Positions 1-12,685 of a DNA stretch of 64,000 nt are shown here, piece by piece. The notes under the pieces were generated by a model. It worked only from the letters and a program-made list of their open reading frames with translations, did not search any database and was not told the origin of the DNA. Made by a program: the position numbers and the translations under genes. Source of the stretch: Octopus sinensis (lineage: Eukaryota); assembly GCF_006345805.1 (NCBI RefSeq), contig NC_043014.1:31868001-31932000 (forward strand). The letters run 5' to 3'. Numbering within the stretch: position 1 is the first letter of the stretch; each line of letters starts with the position of its first letter.

Positions 1-493
1 ATATGATAAAATATAAAACTGAAATAAAAGTCTAGAATAGAATATAAAATAAACAAAAATATTTTTGTCAATTATGAAACGATGTAATGATTAATATAAA
101 AATTATATGAAAAAAATGTAAAAATATAAAATGAATGTAAAAACAAAATTATGAATAATTTGATCTCTATATTATAATGGCTGATATAAATGTTGGTTGG
201 TTTGTTGGTTGATTTCTCCTGTCACATTTTACACAGCATAGAGAGAGGTGGGGAGAGTGTAAAACATAGATACAGAATGAGCTAACATGAAAGATACAGA
301 ATGAGCTAAATGAATTCTTTGCATAAACTCAGCCAGTGAGAAAGCGCCATAGAGACAGAAGGAGGAGGAAGAAGAAGAAGAAGAGAGGGACTGTGTGTGT
401 GTGTGTGTGGTGTGTGTGTATGTATGTGTGTATACGTAGGTAAGTATATGTATGAATATATCTATATCTATATATTATATATGTATGTATATG

Positions 494-1072
494 CAGGGTG
501 CGATGGGTAAATTGTTGCCATTTTATATTTTTAATTTTGCACATGTGCATTGTTCGTTTTTGATTTTGTTGACTACACAGTATAGTAGGGTCAGTTGGGC
601 ACCATCTGTGAGAAAAAACAGCACTGTGATGCAATTCACTTTGCTAGAAATTTGGAAACGACATGCTGTACTTCTTGGCATTTATGCCGGAAGTTCCAAT
701 GCGAACTTTTCATAGTGTTTGGATGTCAATCTGAGGAAAGTGCAGAGGACTGCAACCTCCTTGATTATTATATCTGGGGTGCAGTTGTGCGAGAGATCAA
801 TAAAACTCCTTGTAACACCAAAGAGGAATGAAGGCAAGGATTATGGCAGCATTCACCAACTTAAATAAGGAGACTGTCCAGAAGACCTGCAGGAGATCCT
901 GAAGTTATCTGGATGCTGTGGTTGAAGCGAATAGCGATTTGATAGAATAAATTTATTCTTTAGTATTTCAAAGAACTTTATGTAATTTTAGTAAATATAT
1001 CTGTTAAAACGAGATGTCCGTGTTATTTTCATTTTTGTGTAATTTAGATGACGATTTATTCACTGTATCCTG
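494..1072 (+). mobile_element. Internally deleted Tc1/mariner-superfamily (DD37D/maT-like) DNA transposon
   Basis: Imperfect TIRs (CAGGGTGCGATGGGTAAATTGTTGCC ... GACGATTTATTCACTGTATCCTG followed by TA). Internal frame reads DCNLLDYYIWGAVVREINKTPCNTKEE, resembling the transposase C-terminal SPDLNPLDYYxWG motif. Confidence 0.7.
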
Positions 1073-1089
1073 TATGTGTGTGTGTGTGT

Positions 1090-1139
<50 letters not shown>

Positions 1140-1398
1140 CATGCATGTGCACATGTGTGTATATACATATATATACATACATATACATATATCAGACAGA
1201 GACAGGCAGAAACATGGAAAATGCCCCTTGTATTTGAATACTATGCAAATAGTCTTTTTAAAAAACTTTTCTTTTAATTTTTCCAAAATTTAATTGTTTT
1301 CCATACTTACAGTTGAAAAAGTCTCAATGACTGAAATCAATACTGAAATTTTTTACAAAATTATTTTAGCATTTTCTACCTTGACTTTTTTCCATACA

Positions 1399-1460
<62 letters not shown>

Positions 1461-1596
1461 GTATATAATAATATATAAGCAATATAAAACCAAAGAGGTT
1501 TATAATTTTCCCATTACCATTTTACTGAATCAGCTATTGACTCATATGGTAAATACTATAAACTGACAGTTGGAATTTGACCAAACCATTCAATGA

Positions 1597-1708
1597 TGTT
1601 CGTTTTTGATTTTGTTGACTACACAGTATAGTAGGGTCAGTTGGGCACCATCTGTGAGCACCATCAGTTGGGCACCATCTGTGAGCACCATCAGTTGGGC
1701 ACCATCTG
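1597..1708 (+). repeat. Fragment of the 494-1072 element with a 27-bp unit repeated about 2.7 times
   Basis: Matches 552-611; unit TCAGTTGGGCACCATCTGTGAGCACCA starts at 1637, 1664 and 1691. Confidence 0.85.
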
Positions 1709-2048
1709 AAGAGCTTTAATTTCAAACAAAACTAGAATTCTAGCATGGTGGTCTCACTCACTGTGGGGTGGTTAGCTCTCTTGTCAGTACATAGACATGT
1801 GCTTCTTTGTGGCTAAGAGGGTTTTTGCCTCTTATTTCTAGCAATGTAGGTGCTACCCTGTACCATCAGTTACAATTATTGACAATCGAATTCTTCCTTT
1901 TTGGTTTTATATTGCTTATAGCCGCCTTCATTATTTTATATATATAAAATAAAATATATATATATATGAACACATACACATATATTTATGTATGTATGTA
2001 TATTTATGTATGTATGTATATTTATGTATGTATGTATATTTATGTATG

Positions 2049-2091
<43 letters not shown>

Positions 2092-2310
2092 CCAGCATGA
2101 AGAACTTAGGCGAGCTGCACGAAAGCGCACGGCTCGTATAGTGAATGGGGAAAGCTTGGTCTGCAATGTTTGCAGTCGTGTATGCTTGTCAAGAGCAGGG
2201 TTCATTAGCCACCAACGGAGCCACAAATGCAAAATATAAGTTAGTCCTAGAGCGCACAATGTTCCTGAAGGTCGGCAATGGTCTTCCTTGGTCACGAGTG
2301 GATGGCCATC
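2092..2310 (+). mobile_element. 3' end of an RTE-type LINE (C-terminal C2H2 finger plus 3'UTR)
   Basis: [11 protein letters not shown]...CNVCSRVCLSRAGFISHQRSH then stop; flanked by (TA)n. Confidence 0.6.
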
Positions 2311-2623
2311 ATATATATATATATATTATATATATATATATATAGTATTATAAGGATTCAGATGTACTTGCAAAAATATGCACCAGGTAGAGTTGGATAA
2401 ACCTGTGGTTCTGGCCTATAGTTGGTAAGTATCAAATAGGATATTCCAGTTATGTATACAAAGAAAACCAACTCTATGAGTATATAGCACCTAAGGACTG
2501 GTTCAAAGCAAACATTATGTTGAATTGTATGTTGCTGGTATACTCTAAGGTGTCTGATAAGTCATAAATCCCTTTAGTGTATTATAATCAAATGAATAAT
2601 GACAGACAATGGATAATTGTCAG

Positions 2624-3129
2624 CTCATTACAACTGTTTCTTATGCATTTTTAATAGAAGAATGAGAACATTACTTCATTACAAAAAAAAACATAGGCGC
2701 AGGAGTGGCTGTGTGGTAAGTAGCTTGCTAACCAACTACATTGTTCCGGGTTCAGTCCCATTGCGTGGCATCTTGGGCAAGTGTCTTCTACTATAGCCCC
2801 GGGCCGACCAATGCCTTGTGAGTGGATTTGGTAGACAGAAACTTAAAGAAGCCTGTCGTATATATGTATATATATATATGTATGTGTGTATATGTTTGTG
2901 TGTCTGTGTTTGTCCCCCTAGCATTGCTTGACAACCGATGCTGGTGTGTTTACGTCCCCGTCACTTAGCGGTTCGGCAAAAGAGACCGATAGAATAAGTA
3001 CTGGGCTTACAAAGAATAAGTCCCGGGATCGATTTGCTCGACAAAAGGCGGTGCTCCAGCATGACCACAGTCAAATGACTGAAACAAGTAAAAGAGTAAA
3101 AGAGTAAAGAGTAATAATCATCAGACGAA
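2624..3129 (-). ncRNA. Second family-B hammerhead motif, split by a SINE insertion in stem II
   Basis: Minus strand: ttcgt-CTGATGA-tta[SINE]...taa-GAAAC-agtt-GTA-atgag; 5-bp stem I pairs fully, with G-U pairs. Confidence 0.5.
2695..3113 (+). mobile_element. tRNA-derived SINE family S1, full length
   Basis: A-box-like TGGCTGTGTGG, B-box-like GGTTCAGTCC, internal (TA)/(TG) tract, tail (GTAAAAGA)n; more than 15 related copies in the window. Confidence 0.9.
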
Positions 3130-3622
3130 ATGTAATTTTACAAACAAAAGACTATCCCAAGAATACAGCAGGGATGTGGCTGAATTCTGTTGAGGCTAAC
3201 TACGTTGGCATTCAGGGTTGGGGTTAAGTTAAGAATATAGTTTGAAAAAGGGTGTAATATGATATTTAAGATCAGTGACCCAGGTGAGATGGGAGTTTGC
3301 TAGATTAGTTCTTTGATAGGCTAAAGGTAGTGGGTATGTGAAATTTTATTATACTAAGCTGAGAGAAGTGGGTAGCTGATAGAGGACCAAAGATAAAGTA
3401 AGGATAAAAAATAAAGTAAGTAAAAAGTAAAAGTAAAGAAATCACAATGACCGATCAGGCTATCAAATGTTGCTACACATCGCTGGTCACAATGTGCTTC
3501 CCATTGTTTTAGCCTTCAAATGACGCCACCCCACAGGATAGGTGAACAGGCCAAAAGTAAAGAAATATAAATGCATAAATAAAGCCAATTCTTGGGATTT
3601 TCGTTTGTTTGTAAAATTTCAT

Positions 3623-3707
3623 TTCACCTGATGATTACAGTTTTTTTGTAATGAAGTAACGTTCTCATTCTTCTATTAAAAAATGTGTAAGAAACAGTTG
3701 TAATGAG
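3623..3707 (+). ncRNA. Type I hammerhead ribozyme motif, family B (long stem II)
   Basis: ttcac-CTGATGA-ttaca...tgtaa-GAAAC-agtt-GTA-atgag. Stem II ttaca/tgtaa extends via T6/A6 and gaag/cttc; stem I has a C-A mismatch at the first pair. Confidence 0.55.
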
Positions 3708-3753
3708 CTGACAATTATCCATTGTCTTTTATTATTCATTTATATATATATAT

Positions 3754-3908
<155 letters not shown>

Positions 3909-4354
3909 CATCATCATCTATTTTCTATTATTTACATTATTATACTACATATAATTTTAATAATATTTTTGTATGTTAAATATATTATTTTATTAATGAT
4001 GTTCTTAAACTATGTATATTATTTTATTATTATTATATTAGTATCCATTTTATCATTATGTATATCCCCCAGAAATTTGGTAAAAGTTAAATTATAATTA
4101 TTCTGTATGTGCCATATTTCCTGCTATTTCTCATGATGATGGTGGTAAAAGTATACCTTCAAAGTTATTTGTTATATGAGGGGCAACACTGTAATGATAG
4201 AGATAACATACAAAATGATTTAGAAATGTAATAAAATAATATACATAGTTTAAGATCATCATTAATAAAATATATTTAACATACAAAAATATTATAAAAA
4301 TTATATGTAGTATAATAATGTAAATAATAGAAAATTACTTTAAAAATAATGAGT

Positions 4355-5118
4355 ATCTTTTATCATCTTTTCTGTTACTCATAGTCGAACAAATTGACCC
4401 CAGTACTTAGGTACTTTATATTTGGTTACTTATTCTATTAGTGGAGGCACATGGTCTAGTAGTTAGAGCAGCGGACTCGCAGTCAAGGGATCGTGGGTTC
4501 GAATCTCAGACCAGGTGATGTGTGTGTTTATGAGCAAAGCACCTAAGCTCCATGCAGCTCTGGCAGAAGGTAATGGCGAACTTCTGCTGACTCTTTCGCC
4601 ACAACTTTCTCTCACTCTTTTCTCCTGCATCTTGCAGCTCACCTGCGATGGACCAGCGTCCCATCCAGGTGGGGAACCTATACACCAGGGAAACTAGGAA
4701 ACTGGGCCTTATGAGCCAGGTGTGGCTCGAGAAGGAACAAACAACTTATTCTACTAGTCTCTTTTCACTGAACCACTAACCTACAGGAATGTAAACAAAC
4801 CAACACCAGTTGTTATGTGGTGGTGAGGGACAAAGATGCACACACATAGATGTACAAAAAGTAAAGCTTCGCACGCATAGACTTATACTCGTACACACAT
4901 ACATAAATACATACATACATGCATGCATGTATGTATATATGTATACTCACACACATATGTGTATGTATTTGACCGGCTTCTTTAAGTTTCCAATTATAAT
5001 ATGTCAGTCAGCCCAGGAATATAGTAGAAGACACTTGCCTAAGGTGTCACAGAGTGGGAGTGAACTTGGAACCATGTGGTTGGAAAGCAAACTTCTTAAC
5101 CAACCTTGTCTACACCTA
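4355..5118 (-). mobile_element. SINE S1 copy interrupted by an S3 SINE
   Basis: Reverse-complement match to 2695-3113 on both sides of 4441-4745. Confidence 0.75.
4441..4745 (+). mobile_element. tRNA-derived SINE family S3 (V-domain-like)
   Basis: TGGTCTAGTAGTTAGAGC...GGTTCGAATC head; CTGCGATGGACCAGCGTCCCATCCAGG resembles the V-SINE core; flanking duplication ACTTATTCTA(T/C)TAGT. Confidence 0.85.
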
Positions 5119-5874
5119 TAGGATAAATTACTGAGAGACCAGAATTTCACATGTCTACAATGCCATTCAGTGGGATTGAACCCCAGAACCATGTGGTTGG
5201 GAAGCAAACTTAAGAAATATGGCGCTATACATGAAAACTGAATGAAAATGAAATTGTAATGCAAATAACATAAATAATACAAGAAATAATATGAAACATT
5301 ATTTGAAAATATGATTATAAAAAGAATATGAAAATAATATAAAAGCAATGCAAATATATAATAATTAAAATATGAAGATAATATGAAATAAAAAACAACA
5401 AATGACATATAATGTGATAATGAAAGGGAGAAATTTTTTTATATTATTCGTAAACATTTTTTATTTGTTTTATTTTTATATGATTATTTTCATGTTATTT
5501 TTATATGATTATTTTCATGTTATTTTTATATTTTGTCTTATTTTTATTTGCAAAAATGGCAGAAAGAAATGTATCATAATCATCATCATCATTATCATTA
5601 CCACCACCACCACCACCACCATAATGGTAATGATGATGTTTGTACTAGAAATGGAAGTACAATAAAAAAAATAATCGTAAATGAAGTGGAAATGAAAGCC
5701 AAGATGAAAGAAATTATGCTATAAATAATAAAGTTGGTGCTAACACTTAATGTAGTGCTCCAAACAGTTTTAGCTAATCAAAATTACAGCCATAATAAAG
5801 AGAAATAATCATTAGCTTTAATGGGATTAGTTCTAGACAAAAAAGGTAGGGCAGACAACTTTGCAGTTCACATT

Positions 5875-6103
5875 TTTATCTTTTATTTGTTTCAGTCATT
5901 AGACTGTGGCCATGTAGGAGCACTGCCTTGAAGAATTTTAAGTCGAATGAATTGATCCCAGTGCTTGTTTCTTTTAATTAAAGCCTGGTACTTATTCTAT
6001 CAGTGTCTTTTGCTGAACCACTTAATCACAAGAGATGTAAACACACCAACACCGGTTGTCAAGCTGTGGTGGGTGACAAATATAAACACAAAGACACACA
6101 GAT

Positions 6104-6139
<36 letters not shown>

Positions 6140-6312
6140 ACATCTACATATATATTTACAACATAACAAGCTTCTTTCAGTATCCATCTTCCAAAACTTC
6201 CAAGACTTTGGTTGGCTGGAGAAGTGACTTGTCCAGGCTTCCATGCTGTGGAACTGAGCCCGGAAACATGTAGTTGGGAAGCAGACTTCTTACCTAACAG
6301 TTACACCTGCAC
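5875..6312 (-). mobile_element. SINE S1 copy
   Basis: Reverse-complement similarity to 2695-3113. Confidence 0.8.
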
Positions 6313-6441
6313 CGATAAAAACGATCACAGAGCAAGTGACACTATCCCATTTTTGTCTTTAGTTCCTCCTTACAGACATAATAGAATTAAGTGGTATAAA
6401 TGCATATGGCTTGAAGACTGTACATAAGCAGAGGCACTTAC

Positions 6442-6570
6442 TCTTGCTGCAGGATGAAATATGGGTTCATGATCCTTCTGGCTAACACGATATTCAAAGA
6501 CCTAGATGATAAGTACTTGTTAGCATTAGCAAGCGATTGGACTGGCATCTTGAATACATGCAGTGATTGT
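6442..6570 (-). CDS. Candidate isolated 129-bp coding exon of an unidentified host gene
   Basis: Acceptor ...gtcaattttcAG and donor GTAAGT; one open frame (QSLHVFKMPVQSLANANKYLSSRSLNIVLARRIMNPYFILQQ), phase 2-2; no recognised homology. Confidence 0.25.
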
Positions 6571-7034
6571 CTGAAAATTGACATTACAAAAGTTGGATGT
6601 AAAAAACTAGCAAACCTAATTAGGTGAATCCTGTTAGACAGATATTGCTTGGATTTATCTAATGCATCAATCCAGCATTGATAACACTACAGCAGGTTAT
6701 TCAGATCATACTTTGGTTTATTTCAGGTTTGCATAACAGGTATAAAGTTAATTTTTCATACAAAAGGTGGGTAAGAGTGTCAAGGCTGTTGAGTTTAACC
6801 AAGTCTCTTTTGGTTGTGAGACTGTAGGGATGAAACAAAAACTGCAGAAGGGGAAATCAATCCAGAACCTTGTGTGGATTTTCCCCCACCACAGCGGTTC
6901 CTTCTTGTTAATATTTTATAGCTACATATAGTTTTGTTGATTTTTACCTTGTTTTTACTTGTGGTAAACCTCACTTGTGTTGCTTTCCATTGTTTTGGAA
7001 TTGTGACCAATAAAAGGAACTATTATTATTATTG

Positions 7035-7266
7035 ATTTCTTTACTACCTACAAGGGGCTAAACACAGAGGGGACAAACAAGAACAAACAAACGGATTAAG
7101 TCGATTACATCGGCCCCAGTGCGTAACTGGTACTTAATTTATCGACCCCGAAAGGATGAAAGGCAAAGTCGACCTCGGTGGAATTTGAACTCAGAACGTA
7201 ACAGCAGACGAAATACGACTACGCATTTCGCCCGACATGCTAACGTTTCTGCCACCTCGCCGCCTT
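7035..7266 (-). mobile_element. tRNA-derived SINE family S2 (Meta/MESC-core-like)
   Basis: Minus strand GGCGGCGAGGTGGCAGAAACGTTAGC...GAGTTCAAATTCC...GCCTTTCATCCTTTCGGGGTCGATAAATTAAGTACCAG; many related copies (about 7990, 11515, 12700, 23410, 25992, 26250, 27690, 35150, 37135, 60017, 62505). Confidence 0.85.
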
Positions 7267-7477
7267 ATTATTATTATCAGTGGCATTTTGTCCATCCTTG
7301 TTCTGGGTTGAAATTCTGCCAAAGTCGACTTTATCTCTCATCCTTTTGGGGTCGATGAAATAAGTACCAGTTGAGCACTGGGGTTAATGTAACCGACTTA
7401 AAATTTCTGGCTTTGTGCCTAGAGTAGAAAGGATTATTATTATTATTATTGAGTGAAAGAGCAGTGCATGCCATTAA

Positions 7478-7698
7478 CCCTTTAGTGTTTAAACTGGCCA
7501 AATCTGGCCCAATATATTCTACATATTTTATATTCAAACTGGTCATATCTAGCCTCTCACACCTAACCTACATTGACAATCTAAAAATAAACAATCACAT
7601 CATTGAAACCTCAAAGCTATAAGGTAATGCATGATTAATTCAAAACAATTTAAATAAAAAAGCATTACAATTAACAGAGTAATCTGAACACTAAAGGG
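7478..7698. mobile_element. piggyBac-type MITE with TTAA target-site duplication
   Basis: TTAA|CCCTTTAGTGTT ... AACACTAAAGGG|TTAA; perfect 12-bp TIR. Confidence 0.85.
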
Positions 7699-7795
7699 TT
7701 AAAGTGACCCTGGGGTAAAATATATGAAGCCCTGTATGTCCATCATGACCACCTGTCTGTTAAGGGTACACCAGGCACAATTATTATTATTATTG

Positions 7796-7847
<52 letters not shown>

Positions 7848-9072
7848 TGAAGTATATTTGTCACTTAAATATGGCTAACCCTTAAGGGGCAAATATACTT
7901 CATGATGTCATGCAGCTACTGTTTATACCATGCTCAGAGATTTATTATTGATTATTATTAAAATCATTATTATCATTATCATTATTACAGCGGCTGTGAG
8001 ATGCCTGAATCGTTAACACACTAGATGAAATGCTTAGCAGTATTTTGTCTGTTGCTACGTTCTGGGTTCAAATTCCACCAAGGTCGATTTTGCCTTTCAT
8101 CCTTTCACGGTCAATGAAATAAGTACCAGTTATGCACTGGGGTCAATGTAATCGACTTAAACCCTTGCCCCAAATTTGAGGCCTTGTGCTTCCAGTAGAA
8201 GGGATTATCCTTATTATTATTATTATTATTATTATTACAGCTATTTCATGCTATATGTCATGATCATCATCATCATCATCGTCACCATCATTGTCAACAT
8301 TTTTAATATTAATTATTGAGAAATTTACAGTATTCGGGAGGGGCACTTCCTTTTGGAAGTCAGTGTATTCTTGTATGTGCATGATATAATATGTGTATGA
8401 TTCTGTGATTGGCCCCTTAGGTGACTAGATTCATTTTCACACACACGCGCACACACACGCACACACACACACACACACGCATCCGTATCACATCATTTAT
8501 TTAAATATGTTGTTTGCTACCATGCTCAATATAAACCACTCACCCTCACCCCCACCATCACCACCACCACCGCTGTCACTACCACCACCACCACCACCGC
8601 TGTCACTACCACCACCACCACCACCACAACCACCAGCATCACTACCAGTTTTGTAATTTGACCTTGTAATAATGCCCCTCATCCGTCACCCTTGTAGCAA
8701 TAAATGAAATCATTATTAACAGAAATCATTATTATAAGGATTTTCTTCCCTTTAGAAAATTTTTTCATTTTACAACTTTGTTTTATATGTCTTGTTTTAT
8801 GATGAATTCAATGTCTTACATTTTTTTTTTAAACATTCCATCATTTTGTTGTTACTGTTCCTTAGAAATAAATTAAATATTCTTTGTATTACATTTCGCT
8901 ATTTTTTGAGAAATCAATTTGTATGTTATCTACTTTTTTTTATTATATATTTATTTACTTAACGATATTTTATTTTAATATATTTTTGTATTTTTTTTCT
9001 AAAAATTACAGAAATGCTCATCATTGCTTTTGTTTATGATTGTTTTTCAAACAATTTGAATATCCATTTTTT

Positions 9073-9132
<60 letters not shown>

Positions 9133-9621
9133 TATTATTATTATTATCATCATTATCATTATTTCATTTTTGAAAGAAAGAACAAAATAATAACACATTA
9201 TGACATCTTGAAGAATTTAATGGAATGTCTCCACAAATATGGTTTTCTTATCCCAAAAAATAAAAAAAATTCGATGTCACTTTTATTTTTAATTTTATTC
9301 AATATATCATTGAAAATAAAATGAAAAATATGATGTCAGCCAATTTTTCTCACATTTTATTTTATTTTTAATGATGGTTGTTAAGTCAAAGTGTTGTGTT
9401 TAGTGATAGTGTTACACTTCTATGAGTGAGGCACTGAAAAACTCATCTTCCTCCAGTTTGCCTGTCTGATGAACAAGAACCATTCCCATGTCATTTATGG
9501 ATGGATGATAAGCAATAGGAAGAGAATAACTAGCTGGTGTAGTATTCATATATATGTACATGTGTATTTGTGAGTCAATGTATGTTTGTAGGTGTATATA
9601 TGTACACATACAAATATATAT

Positions 9622-9993
9622 TCTTTTATTTTTTACTCGTTTCAGTCATTTGACTGTGGACATGCCGGAACACTGCCTTTAGTCAAACAAACTGACCCCA
9701 GAACTTATTCTTTGTAAGCCTAGTACTTTATTCTATCGGTTTCTTTTGCTGAACCACTAAGTTACGGGGACGTAAACACACTAGCATTGGTTGTCAAGTG
9801 ATGGTGGGGTGACAAACAGACACACAAATACATATATATATATATGTATGATGGGCTTCTTTCAGTTTCTGTCTTCTAAATCCACTCATAAGGCTTTGGT
9901 CAGCCTGAGGCTATAGTAGAATACACTTGCCCAAGGTACCATGCAGTGGAACTGAATGCAGAACCATGTGGTTGGGAAGCAAGCTTCTTATCA
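9622..9993 (-). mobile_element. SINE S1 copy
   Basis: Reverse-complement similarity to 2695-3113. Confidence 0.8.
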
Positions 9994-10531
9994 CAGGGTG
10001 AGCCAAAAGTAGTTACACACTTTTTAAATTAACTTATCTAGTTTTGTACTGGCACTGTGAATAAAGGAAAATAATTTGAGTCAAGAACAAAGGAAGTGGA
10101 TTCTAAAGCAGTATTGGAAGACTGAAAATGGTGAACAGGTGCATACAGCATCAAAGAGAAGCAAACTTCTTACCACACAGCCACACTGACAATTTATTAT
10201 ATAAGAGATAAATTTGTAAAAATAGTTTCAGTGGTTAATGCACTGAAATCTGGATGTCCTAGGATGTCAATGAGCGAAGAGAATGAGATGAGAGTTACTT
10301 TAACATTTGGGAGCAGTCCAAAAAAAGTGCACATTCAGGAGCTATCCATACCAAGACTCAAATTATTTGCCATTATTCATGGTACCTTTAAAAAAATACT
10401 TTAATTTCAAAAGCATATACCTACATTTCTAGAATTTATGAGATTATACTGCATTTCATAAAAGTAATAAATAAGTGTAAATGTAATAAAATGAAAAAAT
10501 TTTGAAGTGTATATCTACTTTTGGCCCACTG
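9994..10531 (+). mobile_element. Deleted Tc1/mariner-superfamily transposon (N-terminal HTH remnant)
   Basis: TIRs CAGGGTGAGCCAAAAGTAG / CTACTTTTGGCCCACTG then TA; internal EQRKWILKQYWKTENGE resembles the DUF4817-type HTH of mariner-like transposases. Confidence 0.6.
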
Positions 10532-11154
10532 TATGTATATATGTATGTATATTTTCATATGTGTGTGTACGGTGGGGTGTATAGCAAGGAAAATAATGGA
10601 GGTACTGGTATTATATTTATTCCTTGGTTACACCTGTTTCAACAGCACATGGATTAAATAAACCATTTAACAAGCTGGAAAACATGAATATGAGCAACAA
10701 TTTTGTTGCATTGATTATTTAATATTATGTAATGTAAAATCCAGATGTGGCAGTGTGGTAAGAAGTTTATTTCCAAACTATATGGTTCTGGGTTCACTCC
10801 CACTGTGTAGCATCTAGGGCAAGTGTTTCTACCACAATCTCAGGCTGACCAAAGCCTTGTTAATGGACTTTGTAGGTGGAAACTGAAAGAAACTCATTAT
10901 ACATATAGGTATTTACATATGTGTATTTGTGTCTGTGTTTGTCCCTCCTCATTGCTAGACAACTGGTGTTGGTGCATTTACATCCCCATAACTTAGTGGT
11001 TTGGCAAAAGAGACCAACAGAATAAATATCGAGTTTAAGATAAAATAAAAAACAAGTGCAAACACAGAAACAATAGCATATATACACACACACATGCACA
11101 CATACACCCACACACACATACATGCATGCGTACATGCATGCATGCATACATACA

Positions 11155-11190
<36 letters not shown>

Positions 11191-11199
11191 TATAATATA

Positions 11200-11338
11200 T
11201 TTGTTTTGCAAGATTCTTTATATGAATTCGTGTATTGAAACAGATATTGTTGTATTTGGGGATGGTCATGTTGCCAGTTTAGCCAATGAAAACACACGCT
11301 CTATATATTTGGTGTTTATTTGCTTCAGCTTTATTTTA
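11200..11338 (-). repeat. Fragment of the family-D element 3' region
   Basis: 11244-11338 is the diverged reverse complement of about 52797-52893; flanked by TA-rich runs. Confidence 0.65.
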
Positions 11339-11880
11339 TATATATGTGTATAGATGTATGCATTTGTGTGTGGGTGGGGTATGAGGCCAAGTAGTTAGGG
11401 TTGGACTGTTGTAACCACAATATGTAGCAACCAAATCTCTTTCAAATCACTCTTACCATCTTAAAAAAGATTTTGTTTGGTTGATTTAATCCTAGATACA
11501 TAATCCTTCCTACTATAGGCACAGGACCTGAAATTTGTGGAGAGGGGGCTTGACAATTACATAATCCCCATTATCTAACCCACCCTCCACCCAGTACTTA
11601 TTCCATTGAACCTTAAAGAAGAGGAGGCAAAGATGACGTTGGTGGAATTTAAACTTAGAACACAGAGATTGACGAAATGTTAAGCATTTTGCCCTGAGCG
11701 CTACCAATTCTGCTAGCTCACTGCCTTGATAATAAAGGAGGGCAGGACACCAACACATACGCAAAGACACACACACATTGGTATATATCAGGTTGAGTAA
11801 AAAGTAAGCAATGTTTTGAACCATGAAAAATTTGTACCTGATTTTTGCAGTTTGGAATTTTTTTAAACATCTTTTTTGCA

Positions 11881-12210
11881 TTTGATAAATATGGAGACCT
11901 GAGAATTGAGATTGCTAAGATGTGACACCTATGAGAGTCAAACATAAAGGTTATCCCTATTGTTATCAGAGCACTGGGTTCAATACCACCCAATCTGAAA
12001 AGTCATCTGAAAACTTTGGAAATGCCCTACAATCTCGGTGTATTGCAAAAGTCGGCATTACTTGGAACTGCACACATATTGTGTAAAGTACTGTCTGTCT
12101 GAGGTCCTTGTTGTGACTTCACAAACAGTACAAACCCCCAGTAGACACAGTATCTTCAATCAACAACCTTACGATATTGTATATTGTGTGACATCTACAA
12201 TAATAATAAT
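11881..12210 (+). mobile_element. R4/Dong-clade LINE 3' fragment (restriction-like endonuclease C-terminus)
   Basis: DKYGDLRIEIAKM*...KVIPIVIRALGSIP...LQKSALLGTAHILCKVLSV*, then 3'UTR and a (TAA)n tail. Confidence 0.75.
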
Positions 12211-12245
12211 GATGATGATGATGATGATGATGATAATAATAATAC

Positions 12246-12685
12246 AGACTAGACCTAGTGGTGGTGAACAAGGTGCACCACATATGCTATATAATTGACG
12301 TTGCATGCCCCTTTGACCCACAAATAGTCAAGAAGGAAGGCGAAAAGATAGATAGATACAACCCTCTTAAGTATGAAATAGCCTGGCTATGGAAAATGAA
12401 GAAGGTGAAGATAGTGTCCATTATTGTTGGGTCCTTGGAAACAGTATCAGAAGGCATCAAGAGGAATATAAAGGAAATTAGAATAGAGTGCCCAGTAGAA
12501 CTGTTACAAAAGGCTTGCCTCCTTGACACAGCCAAAATAATCAGGAAAGTATTAGATAGCTGAAAAGAACGAATAACATGGTAACATAGGCTGCATGTAG
12601 TAAGCCTGCTATGCATGCAAGACTTCAGGGGCTCCAACAAAAACCTGTGATAAAGAGAGAATAGTAATAATAATAATAATAATAA
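12246..12685 (+). mobile_element. R4/Dong-clade LINE 3' fragment
   Basis: VVVNKVHHICYIIDVACPFD...KEGEKIDRY..LKYEIAWLW...LLQKACLLDTAKIIRKVL; sits between (TAA)n runs. Confidence 0.8.

Larger units (their letters stand above)
2345..3741. mobile_element. Probable non-coding Penelope-derived element with about 150-bp inverted arms (HHR family B); left arm interrupted by a SINE
   Basis: 2590-2692 plus 3114-3164 is the reverse complement of 3588-3741 with some mismatches; bounded by (TA)n on both sides. Confidence 0.55.

Noticed and set aside
1637-1708. CRISPR-like 27-bp repeats
   Set aside because: Directly tandem with no unique spacers, no cas genes, eukaryotic context.
4443-4515. tRNA-like sequences at SINE heads
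   Set aside because: They continue into SINE bodies and have imperfect cloverleaves; not counted as tRNA genes.
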